A program made the position numbers and the translations under genes. Below are positions 47,535 through 58,318 of a stretch of DNA of 64,000 bases, in pieces. Each line of letters begins with the position of its first letter. Position 1 is the first letter of the stretch. The notes under the pieces are model-generated. The model had not been told where the DNA came from, ran no database searches, and saw only the letters and a program-made list of their open reading frames with translations. The DNA comes from an uncultured bacterium (GTDB lineage Bacteria > Patescibacteriota > JABMPQ01 > CAVVCK01), in contig CAVVCK010000001.1 of NCBI GenBank assembly GCA_963746775.1, forward strand, positions 147,050 to 211,049, in the 5' to 3' direction.

Positions 47535-48772
47535 AAAATCAAATTACTTTCTAATATTTTTATTATTTTCAATTTGTTTCCTAAATTCTCCTTGCTGTTT
47601 AATTTTACCTTAAAATAGTTTTTTGTAAAACCTGAAAAACAACTATTTTTCCTATTCTCGAATAAAATTTCCTCTTTTTTACCCAACATTTTCTTTTCAA
47701 AATCACCCATAAGTTTTTTATTTATTTTTTCTAAAATTTTTACTCTTTCTATTTTTTTATTATAATTTATTTGCTTATCCATATTACAAGCAACAGTTCC
47801 TTCCCTTTTAGAAAAAGGAAATATATGTATTTTAGAAAATTTTACTATTTTAACAAATTTACATGTCTCCATAAATTCGCTCTTACTTTCTCCAGGAAAT
47901 CCTACTATTACATCAGTAGTAAAATTAAAATCAGGATATTTTTTATAAATTTTTTTAACAATGTTTAAATAATCTTTTGTATTATAATGCCTATTCATCC
48001 TTTTCAAGACCGAGTCAGAACCACTTTGTAATGATAAATGTAAATGTTGGCATATTCTATCATTTTCGAATAAAGACAAGAATTGATCATTTATAGAATC
48101 AGGATTGATAGATCCAAATCTAATTCTATTAATATTTGTTTTTTCTAATATTTTTTTAACTAAATTAGTTAGATCTAATTTATTACTCAGGTATTTCCCA
48201 ATATTTACTCCTGTTAATAAAATTTCTTTGCAGCCTTTTCTCTCTTTTTCTTTTATTTCTTTTAAAATTTTATCAGATTCTATACTAACCATTTTTTCCC
48301 TTATATAAGGTATAATACAATAAGTACAAAAATTATTACATCCATCTTGTATTTTTATAAAAGCTCTAGTATGGATTTTATTGTCTATTTTATTTGTTCT
48401 ATTTTGAACAATTATTTTGTTCTTTACAAATTTATTATAAATTAAACCTGGTATTTTATTTTTATCCTCAATAAATAGATCTACTTCGGATTTTAAGCTT
48501 TTAGCACAACCACACCCTATAATTATAGTTTTTTTATTGTTATTTCTTATTTTATTGATTTCTCTTCTGGACTTAGTAACCGCTTTGGCTGTTATACAAC
48601 AAGTATTTATAATATATAAATCTGCCTTCCGTCCCGTAGGGGCTATGATATCTATTTCCAAACCAAATTTATCTAATTCTTCGGCTATTTTATTAGATTC
48701 TGCTTGATTGAGTCTGCATCCTAGGGTCTTTATAGATATTTTCATAATAAAATTAATTATAATTACAACCAT
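47531..48772 (-). CDS. Radical-SAM methylthiotransferase, MiaB/RimO/MtaB family
   Basis: MTTase N-domain (IKTLGCRLNQAESNKI...IINTCCI), radical-SAM CNNFCTYC (CxxxCxxC), TRAM-like C-terminus; 413 aa. Confidence 0.8.
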   Translation of the reverse strand: MVVIIINFIMKISIKTLGCRLNQAESNKIAEELDKFGLEIDIIAPTGRKADLYIINTCCITAKAVTKSRREINKIRNNNKKTIIIGCGCAKSLKSEVDLFIEDKNKIPGLIYNKFVKNKIIVQNRTNKIDNKIHTRAFIKIQDGCNNFCTYCIIPYIREKMVSIESDKILKEIKEKERKGCKEILLTGVNIGKYLSNKLDLTNLVKKILEKTNINRIRFGSINPDSINDQFLSLFENDRICQHLHLSLQSGSDSVLKRMNRHYNTKDYLNIVKKIYKKYPDFNFTTDVIVGFPGESKSEFMETCKFVKIVKFSKIHIFPFSKREGTVACNMDKQINYNKKIERVKILEKINKKLMGDFEKKMLGKKEEILFENRKNSCFSGFTKNYFKVKLNSKENLGNKLKIIKILESNLIL

Positions 48773-48796
48773 TTTTTCTATTTTTTAAGTATATAA

Positions 48797-48829
48797 ATAG
48801 CGCCTTAATTAATCAAGGCGCTATTTTAT
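48797..48829. terminator. Rho-independent terminator hairpin
   Basis: AGCGCCTT-aattaatc-AAGGCGCT followed by ATTTTATT. Confidence 0.5.
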
Positions 48830-48846
48830 TAATATAATATTTTTCT

Positions 48847-49335
48847 CTATTTCATATATCTTCCCATATCCATATTATGACCGCCAAATCCTCTCATCAT
48901 ACCATTACCCAAATCCTCTATCCCAAGTTCTACAGCTATTGCTTGCGCTCCTTCGCGATCCCCTGATTCCATTAATTTATGCATTTCAGAAAATTTATCA
49001 AAATTATCAGCTGTAATTTTATCTTCTATTTTAGGCTGTGCGTCAATTGCTTCCTTCCAAGCATTATAATCTCCATCTTCAATAGTCTTCTTAATTTTTT
49101 CCTGATTTTGCTGTCTTTCTACCATCTTATTAAAACTATCTTCGCTAAGCCCGCTTTCCATAGCATCTTTCCAGGATTGATAATCATTATTTTGAATAGC
49201 TTGTTCGGCTTTATCTTTATTGCCGCTGTCTAGTCCTCGTATACCTCCCCTATAAGCATAAGCAGAAGATATACCGGCTGCTAAAGTTAACACTGTTATT
49301 AAAGAACCAATAATAATTTTTTTATTCTTCTTCAT
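48847..49335 (-). CDS. Secreted hypothetical protein (signal peptide)
   Basis: MKKNKKIIIGSLITVLTLAAGISSAYA signal; 162 aa; downstream of the ECF sigma / anti-sigma pair. Confidence 0.4.
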   Translation of the reverse strand: MKKNKKIIIGSLITVLTLAAGISSAYAYRGGIRGLDSGNKDKAEQAIQNNDYQSWKDAMESGLSEDSFNKMVERQQNQEKIKKTIEDGDYNAWKEAIDAQPKIEDKITADNFDKFSEMHKLMESGDREGAQAIAVELGIEDLGNGMMRGFGGHNMDMGRYMK

Positions 49336-49420
49336 TAATTGACGTTATTAATTTAATAATAAGCAGCTGCTTTTGACTTTAAAAATTTATGTGGCCTTTA
49401 TAAATTTTTAAGCACTTCAA

Positions 49421-50167
49421 TTAATTAATACGCATCATAATATTATTTCTTTCAAAAAACATTCGATCTTCTATGAATGGTCTTATTTCATCAGCCCTCA
49501 TAGTGTCTATATCCACCATTTCTCCAATAACTTTGATTCTTTCTCCTTCTCTCAGAACTAGTCTTGGCACTATCATCGCGTCTTTACCTAAAATATGCCA
49601 TTTTTCTCTCTCTAGAGAAACTATTTCAAATTGATCTTTGTTATTAAAAGATACAATAACGCCAGCAACTAGTCCTCTCTCGGGAGCATTCCACATATCA
49701 TGCCTTTGGTAAAACATCATTCCATACGGAGGAATTCTTTTTTCTAATGAATTCTCTAATTTTGCTCCTAGTCCGCAAACATACAATAAAGATCCTAAGG
49801 AAATACTTACTAAAATATTTATCAAAACTATTAAAATTGTATTGTACCTATAGCCAGATTTGGTTTTCTTAAAATTATAGTAAGAAAATATTACAAAAAT
49901 AACTAAAAATATCAGCCAAAAATAAGGCAAGGTTATTAAAATAAATTTAAATAAACCATGCCCTAGCTTCTCATAAAGATCCCAATCATTATTGCCAATC
50001 ATAAAAATAACTAAAGAAGTGGAAATACTGCCCAACATTAAAGAAATAACAAAAATAACCCAAAATATTACCTCCCGAATAGAAAACATCCATTTAGGTT
50101 TTGGTTCAATTTTATTCTCTTTAATTGTTGATAAGACTTGCTTAGATAAGTCTTCTGTTTTAGTCAT
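49421..50167 (-). CDS. Putative anti-sigma factor (polytopic membrane protein cotranscribed with the ECF sigma)
   Basis: Starts 20 nt after the ECF sigma stop. N-terminal cytoplasmic segment, 3-4 TM helices, about 100-aa C-terminal domain. Assigned by position only. Confidence 0.45.
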   Translation of the reverse strand: MTKTEDLSKQVLSTIKENKIEPKPKWMFSIREVIFWVIFVISLMLGSISTSLVIFMIGNNDWDLYEKLGHGLFKFILITLPYFWLIFLVIFVIFSYYNFKKTKSGYRYNTILIVLINILVSISLGSLLYVCGLGAKLENSLEKRIPPYGMMFYQRHDMWNAPERGLVAGVIVSFNNKDQFEIVSLEREKWHILGKDAMIVPRLVLREGERIKVIGEMVDIDTMRADEIRPFIEDRMFFERNNIMMRIN

Positions 50168-50187
50168 ATTATAATTAATTTATCATT

Positions 50188-50775
50188 TTAAATTTTAACA
50201 AATTCACCTTTGAATTGCTTTTTAGCTCTATTTATTAAGGTGGAAATAGTGCCTATGGGTTTTTTTAAAATATCTGATATTTCTTCATAACTTTTTTCTT
50301 CAAAAAACCTTAAAATTAATACCTCTTTATATTTATCATCCATTTTTTGCAAAACTTCCTCCATCATTTCCCTTAAATATTTTCTATCTATTTCCTTATC
50401 TATATTAAAATCTGATTTTATATTGGCTATAATCCTATCATTGATTTCTTCATCCAATCCAGCAACTTTAGGTCTGGCATTATTTTTTCTAAAATTATCA
50501 ATAACTATATTATGAGCAATACGATAAATCCAGGAGGAAAATTTCAATTTTTGATCAAAATCATTTAGATTTTGATAAACTTTTATAAAAATTTCTTGCA
50601 GTAAATCTTCGGCATCTTCTTTCTTAACATTGGTTATTCTTTGTATATATCTTAGCAATTTACTTTCATATCTTTTTATTAATAAAGCAAAAAAATCCTG
50701 ATTTTCCAGCGTCAGTTTAACCAAACTTTCATCCGAATTTTCATCTAAATCACTAACATTCGGTATTTTTTGCAT
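50188..50775 (-). CDS. ECF-type RNA polymerase sigma factor (sigma-70 family)
   Basis: Region 2 (EDLLQEIFIKVYQNLNDFD...FSSWIYRIAHNIVIDNFRK) and region 4 (EVLILRFFEEKSYEEISDILKKPIGTISTLINRAKKQF). Confidence 0.85.
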   Translation of the reverse strand: MQKIPNVSDLDENSDESLVKLTLENQDFFALLIKRYESKLLRYIQRITNVKKEDAEDLLQEIFIKVYQNLNDFDQKLKFSSWIYRIAHNIVIDNFRKNNARPKVAGLDEEINDRIIANIKSDFNIDKEIDRKYLREMMEEVLQKMDDKYKEVLILRFFEEKSYEEISDILKKPIGTISTLINRAKKQFKGEFVKI

Positions 50776-50830
50776 TGTTTCTTTTATATTTATACGTAAA
50801 TTATACAGATTTATTTCTTTTTAGCCATAA

Positions 50831-50856
50831 TAAAAAGGCTGTATCAGCCCTTTTTA
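50831..50856 (-). terminator. Rho-independent terminator downstream of the zinc-ribbon gene
   Basis: Minus strand: GGGCUGAUACAGCC followed by UUUUUAUUAU. Confidence 0.55.
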
Positions 50857-50885
50857 TTATTTTGTATTAATTATAAATCAATATA

Positions 50886-51524
50886 TTATTTCTTCTTTTT
50901 TGTTTTTGCTTTTTTCTTGGCAGCCGGTTTTTTCTTAACAACTTTCTTAGCTGCAAGTCCTTTAGTTTCAGCTTTATTAACTTTTTCTGATTTCTTTTCC
51001 ACTTTAATCTCTTTGTTCTGCTTTGGTTGGTTAGCTTTAGATGCAGGTACAGCTACATTGATAGATAATAGCTTTAATACTTTATCAAGCTTTTCATTTA
51101 GCATTTTAAACTGCTTGCTTGATTCTTCTCCAGTATTACTATTTCTATTTCTATCATCTCTTCTACCACCTCTTCTATCGCTTTTATCATTTTTACCATC
51201 AAAACATTTACTACAATAAATAGGTTTACCACTGGTTGGTTTAAAAGGTACTTCACAATTTTGACCACATTCATCACAGACAGCACTAAACATAGCAGTT
51301 CTTCTTGAGTCTCTTCCACCAAAATCACGTCTGCCGAATCCTCTGTCATCTCTTCTATTACTTCTTTTATCATCTCCGCCTTTACTTTTGAAACAGTCGC
51401 TACAATAAATTGGTTTGCCGCCACTTGGTCTAAAGGGTACTTCACAATCTCTGCCACATTCATCACAGACTGCATGATGCATTTGCGGCCTATCTGATCG
51501 GTTATTACGATTAAAATTTCCCAT
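50886..51524 (-). CDS. Tandem zinc-ribbon protein with lysine-rich histone-H1-like C-terminal tail
   Basis: Two repeats of CDECG..CEVPF.P..GKPIYCS.CF; R/D-rich linkers; C-terminus AAKKVVKKKPAAKKKAKTKKKK. Confidence 0.5.
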   Translation of the reverse strand: MGNFNRNNRSDRPQMHHAVCDECGRDCEVPFRPSGGKPIYCSDCFKSKGGDDKRSNRRDDRGFGRRDFGGRDSRRTAMFSAVCDECGQNCEVPFKPTSGKPIYCSKCFDGKNDKSDRRGGRRDDRNRNSNTGEESSKQFKMLNEKLDKVLKLLSINVAVPASKANQPKQNKEIKVEKKSEKVNKAETKGLAAKKVVKKKPAAKKKAKTKKKK

Positions 51525-51645
51525 ATTTTTGATTATTTATTATTAATATGAATTAAAGTATATCCCTTTGTCAAATAAAAGCAAGTGTTTTACTTAAAAT
51601 TAGCCTTTTTCAGTATTTTTAAAAATTTATAAAAAACGTTTAAAA

Positions 51646-51674
51646 TTGATTTTACCTAAATTAACTGTTATAAA
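51646..51674 (+). promoter_or_regulatory. Sigma-70-type promoter giving a leaderless or near-leaderless ABC transporter mRNA
   Basis: TTGATT (51646-51651), 17-nt spacer, TATAAA (51669-51674); ATG at 51682, only 7 nt after the -10. Confidence 0.45.
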
Positions 51675-51681
51675 TAATTAC

Positions 51682-52620
51682 ATGTCCAACATACTATCTG
51701 TTCAAAATTTAACAAAAATTTACTCTCCTCAACGTAAAATAAAAAAAGAAACTGTAGCCGTTAATAAAGTTTCTTTTAATTTACAAGCAGGAGAAATTTT
51801 AGGTTTGCTTGGTCCTAATGGCGCTGGTAAATCAACTATAATATCTATGCTCTTAGGTGTGCTAACTCCAACCTCAGGCAATATCACTATTTTTGATAAA
51901 GATTTTAGTAAATATCGCAGTAACATACTTCAAAATATGACCTTTGCCAGCACTTATGTGCGTATGCCCTGGAGACTAACTATTATAGAAAATTTACGCG
52001 TTTATGGATTATTTTATGGTTTAAATAAAAAAATATTTAAAGAAAGAGTGGAAGAATTATTAACAAAATTTGGCGTATGGGATCATCGCCATAAAATTAT
52101 GTCTGAATTATCTGCTGGCCAGATTACTCGCGTTATACTAGCTAAAGCATTTTTATCTAAGCCAAAGATTGTCCTGCTTGATGAACCTACCGCCTCGCTA
52201 GATCCTGATATCGCTCATCTGGTACGTCAATTTGTTTTGGAGCAACAAGAGAGAAATAATTTATCAATAATCTATACCTCACATAACATGGAGGAGGTAT
52301 CTAGTGTTTGCAATCGCATAATATTCTTGCGACAGGGAAAAATTGTTGCTGAAAATACTCCAGATAAATTAGCAAAATCAATAGAAACTTGCCAAATAGT
52401 TCTCAAAATTTTAAATAAAGATCAACAAACACGTCTTATAAGAATTACAGATATTTTAAAACTAAAGACTATTCACAACAAACAAGCCATAAATATTATT
52501 ATAAAAGAAAAAGATATTGCTAGTTTTTTACAAAAAATTAGCAAAGAAAATATTGAATACAATCAAATAAATATAAAAAAACCAACTTTAGAAGATTATT
52601 TTCTAAAAATGGCTAAATAA
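51682..52620 (+). CDS. ABC transporter ATP-binding protein
   Basis: Walker A GLLGPNGAGKST, signature LSAGQ, Walker B IVLLDEPTASLD. The ORF track offers a TTG start at 51646. ATG 51682 (MSNILSVQNL) is preferred because of the promoter placement. Confidence 0.9.
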   Translation: MSNILSVQNLTKIYSPQRKIKKETVAVNKVSFNLQAGEILGLLGPNGAGKSTIISMLLGVLTPTSGNITIFDKDFSKYRSNILQNMTFASTYVRMPWRLTIIENLRVYGLFYGLNKKIFKERVEELLTKFGVWDHRHKIMSELSAGQITRVILAKAFLSKPKIVLLDEPTASLDPDIAHLVRQFVLEQQERNNLSIIYTSHNMEEVSSVCNRIIFLRQGKIVAENTPDKLAKSIETCQIVLKILNKDQQTRLIRITDILKLKTIHNKQAINIIIKEKDIASFLQKISKENIEYNQINIKKPTLEDYFLKMAK

Positions 52621-52637
52621 ATTACACACTTAAATAT

Positions 52638-53426
52638 ATGAAATGGCATCGTATTTATGCATTAATAGTTAGGCACACACTTCCTCTGAAGCGTGACTTT
52701 GATTTATTAAGCGATATGCTTTATTGGCCATTTATTGATGTCATAACCTGGGGTATTGCTTCTCAGTGGCTAACGAAAGATAATAGTGGTGTAACAAATT
52801 CTGTTATTAGTATTTTAGTTGCCTTGGTTATTTGGAATGTAATTTGGCGTTCCCAATCAGAAGTTTCTAGAAATTTAATTGATGAGATCTGGAATAATAA
52901 TTTGATCAACATGTTTTCCACCCCCCTGACTTTGCTAGAATGGATTACTTCCGTCTTATTACAATCAATTGCCAAAATGTTTGTTACAGTTAGCTTTGTC
53001 TCCTTGGCAATATTCGTACTCTATACAGTTAATGCTTTCGCTATTGGCTGGTGGATGCTACCTTTCTTCCTTAGCGCCACTCTAACTGGTTGGACAGTAG
53101 GTTTTATTGCGGCTGGCATAGTGATTCGCTACGGTCCTAAAATGCAAACAGTAGTCTGGACCCTGCCTGGTATTTTATTCCCCCTCAGTGCAGTCTTCTA
53201 CCCAGCCAGCCAATTACCCATTGTTTTTAAACAAGTAAGCCTTTTCGTCCCTACAACTTATATTTTTGAAGCTATGAGAAGCTTAATATTCTCCGGCTCT
53301 GTCCCAATGGAAAATATTATTATTAGTTTTTCTTTAAATATAGTTTATTTAATTTTAGCTATTTTGTTTTTTGTTAGAAAATTTAAAAAAAGTAAGGAAT
53401 TGAATTTTTCAAGATTTAATAATTAG
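52638..53426 (+). CDS. ABC-2 type transporter permease
   Basis: 262 aa with 6 predicted TM helices; immediately downstream of the ATPase. Confidence 0.7.
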   Translation: MKWHRIYALIVRHTLPLKRDFDLLSDMLYWPFIDVITWGIASQWLTKDNSGVTNSVISILVALVIWNVIWRSQSEVSRNLIDEIWNNNLINMFSTPLTLLEWITSVLLQSIAKMFVTVSFVSLAIFVLYTVNAFAIGWWMLPFFLSATLTGWTVGFIAAGIVIRYGPKMQTVVWTLPGILFPLSAVFYPASQLPIVFKQVSLFVPTTYIFEAMRSLIFSGSVPMENIIISFSLNIVYLILAILFFVRKFKKSKELNFSRFNN

Positions 53427-53439
53427 AAATGATTCTTGG

Positions 53440-53468
53440 TTGACATCTGTAATTATTTTGCTTAAATA
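53440..53468 (+). promoter_or_regulatory. Canonical sigma-70 promoter for the small ORF
   Basis: TTGACA (53440-53445), 17-nt spacer, TAAATA (53463-53468). Strong SD GAGGAGG (53479-53485) lies 7 nt before the ATG. Confidence 0.5.
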
Positions 53469-53492
53469 TAGATAACCTGAGGAGGTTGAGTT

Positions 53493-53699
53493 ATGCATGC
53501 AGGAGAGGTTCAGGAAGAAGTAGAAAAATGTCACAGAAATAATAGAGGATGTATATTATTTTTAAGAAATGGTGCCAAACAAATTATTGAAGCTGGAAAA
53601 TTCATTATTTTCTACGGAATTGGTATCAGTATAAAAATACTATCCTCTCCAGAAGAGCTTATTCATCTGACAGATATACAAATAGTCAAAGCACTATAA
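53493..53699 (+). CDS. Small hypothetical protein (68 aa) with unusually canonical expression signals
   Basis: MHAGEVQEEVEKCHRNNRGC.. Has a promoter, GGAGG RBS and a downstream terminator. Native genes here generally lack SD sequences. Confidence 0.4.
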   Translation: MHAGEVQEEVEKCHRNNRGCILFLRNGAKQIIEAGKFIIFYGIGISIKILSSPEELIHLTDIQIVKAL

Positions 53700-53765
53700 C
53701 ATTTCTTTATTTTTTTTAATCCTCCGCTCTTTCCAAACATCTTAAACAATAGCTTCCTATATATC

Positions 53766-53794
53766 AAAAAGACCTATTAATTTAGGTCTTTTTG
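53766..53794. terminator. Bidirectional rho-independent terminator (small ORF and tRNA-Lys converge here)
   Basis: aaaaAGACCTAttaattTAGGTCTttttt. Confidence 0.6.
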
Positions 53795-53834
53795 TATTGT
53801 TAATTTGGCTTATTTAAGCCTTAAAGTATACACA

Positions 53835-53907
53835 TGGGATGTACAGGATTCGAACCTGTGACCTTCTGCTTAAAAGGCAGCTGCTCTACCAACTGAGCTA
53901 ACATCCC
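53835..53907 (-). tRNA. tRNA-Lys (anticodon UUU)
   Basis: Minus strand GGGATGTTAGCTCAGTTGGTAGAGCAGCTGCCTTTTAAGCAGAAGGTCACAGGTTCGAATCCTGTACATCCCA. 7-bp acceptor stem, D-arm GCTC/GAGC, anticodon loop CTTTTAA (U33, anticodon TTT, A37), T-loop TTCGAAT, 73 nt, CCA not encoded. Confidence 0.85.
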
Positions 53908-54120
53908 ATTTTATTTCTTTTTATTAGAGCTTCTATTCTTTCTCTATTTTTCCATTTCTTAATTTGTTTCTCTCTTTTTCTAGCTTCCAATAAAGTACTA
54001 TATTCCTCAAAGTATTTTATTTTCCATGGCCGATAATTCTTTGTTGACTTAGTATTACCCTTATTATGATCGTTTAACCTATGATTAGGATTTACTGTTG
54101 ATCCAATATATATGTCGAAA

Positions 54121-54171
54121 CTGCTCTACCAACTGCCTGTCCCGTACTGAAAGTCGGGAAGCTAACATCCC
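54121..54171 (-). pseudogene. Partial duplicate of the tRNA-Lys 5' region (positions 1-27) interrupted by a 24-nt hairpin insertion
   Basis: Plus strand: CTGCTCTACCAACTG (54121-54135), cctgtcccgtactgaaagtcggga (54136-54159), AGCTAACATCCC (54160-54171). The intact gene at 53881-53908 reads CTGCTCTACCAACTGAGCTAACATCCCA. The insertion is a stem-loop TCCCG...CGGGA. Confidence 0.6.
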
Positions 54172-54279
54172 TTATATAAAAAAAAGAAACTCCTAATTTC
54201 TTTTATAGAATAACAAATATTTTCAATAAGTCAATGATCCCGCTCTTACAGCGGTGATAAAGGTTTTATATACAAAATA

Positions 54280-54795
54280 CTAATCTTCCTCTCTCTCTTC
54301 GTGTTTAGCTAAAAACATAGCAAATAACGGAGCTACCATCCAGGCAAATCTGGCAATGTCAGATACAAATAAATTTTTAGTAAAATCAGATAAATTTAGG
54401 GCTTCTTGCGGTACAAAAGACAGCACAATGCTTATAATCAATCCCATATGTAAAATACTAAATATAATTATGTGAAAAAAACCAGCGCTTTCTGTAAAGC
54501 TAGAAAGTAAGCCAATCTTAGTAAACATTATATAAAGTCCAATTACTATAAAAGCAAAAATAAATAATTTCATCACAAAAACAGGTCCAAAACCAAATTT
54601 CTTAGCGATCTCATCATTAATAAATGGCAAATTAGAACTGACAGCCAGAGCTATGTAGATGCTAAATAAAATAACCAATATCCTATCTCTGCCCAAAATA
54701 AATCCGTATAAAACAATAGACGAAAAGAAGAATATGTAAATAAACATATCCCAGGTCGGAAAAGACCAATTAATTCCTCCCAAAAAACTGTCCAC
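54280..54795 (-). CDS. Hypothetical integral membrane protein (about 5 TM helices, acidic C-terminus)
   Basis: 171 aa; hydrophobic throughout; no motif recognised. Confidence 0.4.
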   Translation of the reverse strand: MDSFLGGINWSFPTWDMFIYIFFFSSIVLYGFILGRDRILVILFSIYIALAVSSNLPFINDEIAKKFGFGPVFVMKLFIFAFIVIGLYIMFTKIGLLSSFTESAGFFHIIIFSILHMGLIISIVLSFVPQEALNLSDFTKNLFVSDIARFAWMVAPLFAMFLAKHEEREED

Positions 54796-54880
54796 TTTTT
54801 TAAATGTTAATTTTTATTTTATATAAAAACTTTCTACAAAATTATTATAACACTTTTTAAATCTTGCCACAAGAAAGTTA

Positions 54881-56029
54881 TCAACTAAATATTTTATTCC
54901 AAAAACTTTTCTTTTTTATAACCGCTGCCTCTCCTCCAATTGAAACAATCTGCTTAAATAATTCTTTTTCTTCAGAATTAATTTTCTTAGGAATATTAAT
55001 AGATGTTTTAACTATAAAATCACCTCTTTGATTTTTATTATTTAAGTATGGCACACCTTTATCTTTTATTTTAAATATTTCTCCAGGTTGGGTACCAGCT
55101 GGAATCTCAATTTTTGATTCTCCATCAAGTGTTTTAATATTTATTGCATCGCCTAAAATTGCCTGAGTTACACTTATTGGTATCTCACATATAATATTAT
55201 TTCCTTCTCTTTTAAAATATTTATGTCCTGAAACATTAATCGTTACAAATAAACTGCCATTTTGCCCCCCATCTTTTCCAGCTTCACCTTCATTATTAAT
55301 TTCTAAGGTTTGGCCAGAAGATATCCCTGCAGGAATTTTTACTTTTATTTTTTTGTGTCCCAAAACTCGACCTTCACCTCCACACTCAGTACAAGGACTA
55401 ACAGCTTTTTTACCTACCCCCTTACAATCAGGACAAGTTATAGTTCTAGTAAAAGATCCTATAAAAATTTGTTGAATTTGTTTTATTTGCCCCGAACCAG
55501 AACATGTAGGACAAGTCTCAATTTTTGTACCTGGTTCAGCTCCATTACCATGGCACTTGGAGCATTTTATTTTTTTACGTAGCTCAACAATTTTCTCAAC
55601 TCCAAAAACTGCTTCTTCAAATTGCAAATCAATATTTATACTAATATTATCCCCATGTATAGCTCCACTAGCATTTTGACGCCTGCCAGACCTTCCAAAA
55701 AAACTCTCAAATACATCTCCTAAATCAAAATCCTCAAAGCCTGCTCCTGCCTGTCCAAAAGGATTGCCTCCACCAAAGCCCGAGGCATTACCAAAACCGC
55801 CAAAGCCTTCTGCCCCTTGCTGTTCAAAAGTTTGCCCGAATTGGTCATATTGGGATCTTTTATCTTGATTAGATAAGGTTTGATAAGCTTCGTTTACTTC
55901 TTTGAATTTGGCTTCATCTCCTCCAGATTTATCGGGGTGATATTTATGAGCTAATTTTCTATAAGCTTTTTTTATTTCATCATTCGATGCTTCTCGAGAA
56001 ACACCAAGCACTTCGTAAAAATCTTTCAT
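54881..56029 (-). CDS. dnaJ: Chaperone DnaJ
   Basis: J-domain with HPD ([33 protein letters not shown]), G/F-rich region, four CxxCxGxG zinc repeats. Confidence 0.95.
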   Translation of the reverse strand: MKDFYEVLGVSREASNDEIKKAYRKLAHKYHPDKSGGDEAKFKEVNEAYQTLSNQDKRSQYDQFGQTFEQQGAEGFGGFGNASGFGGGNPFGQAGAGFEDFDLGDVFESFFGRSGRRQNASGAIHGDNISINIDLQFEEAVFGVEKIVELRKKIKCSKCHGNGAEPGTKIETCPTCSGSGQIKQIQQIFIGSFTRTITCPDCKGVGKKAVSPCTECGGEGRVLGHKKIKVKIPAGISSGQTLEINNEGEAGKDGGQNGSLFVTINVSGHKYFKREGNNIICEIPISVTQAILGDAINIKTLDGESKIEIPAGTQPGEIFKIKDKGVPYLNNKNQRGDFIVKTSINIPKKINSEEKELFKQIVSIGGEAAVIKKKSFWNKIFS

Positions 56030-56105
56030 TGATTAAACTAATTTATTTTTCAAATTAGTACTAATTATATACTAATATTTTTTTGATACAAGTAAGTATT
56101 AACAA

Positions 56106-56137
56106 GGTATCCGAAACCCTATAGGATTTCGGATACC
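56106..56137. other. 12-bp perfect hairpin in the dnaK-dnaJ spacer (no U-tract; candidate processing or attenuation element)
   Basis: GGTATCCGAAAC-cctatagg-ATTTCGGATACC. Confidence 0.5.
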
Positions 56138-56151
56138 AATTTAAAATCTAT

Positions 56152-58101
<1,950 letters not shown>

Positions 58102-58318
58102 TTAATTATTAATATTTTCTAGCTTTGAAATTAGCTATTTAGAAACTTGATATTTGTAATAGATATTAGAAACTAGAAATTGGTTAACTATTTTCTAGTT
58201 TCTGTTTTCTATAACTATCTTCAAATTTCTATACAACTATTTTCCAAAAATATTTACCACCCAAGATAATAAAACAAAAAAATAAATTATTTCATTATCT
58301 CAGGCGGAAAAACCCGCC

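Noticed and set aside
51098-51475. 125-aa minus-strand ORF overlapping the zinc-ribbon gene
   Set aside because: It is an alternate frame of the same strand. The in-frame zinc-ribbon repeats identify the real frame.
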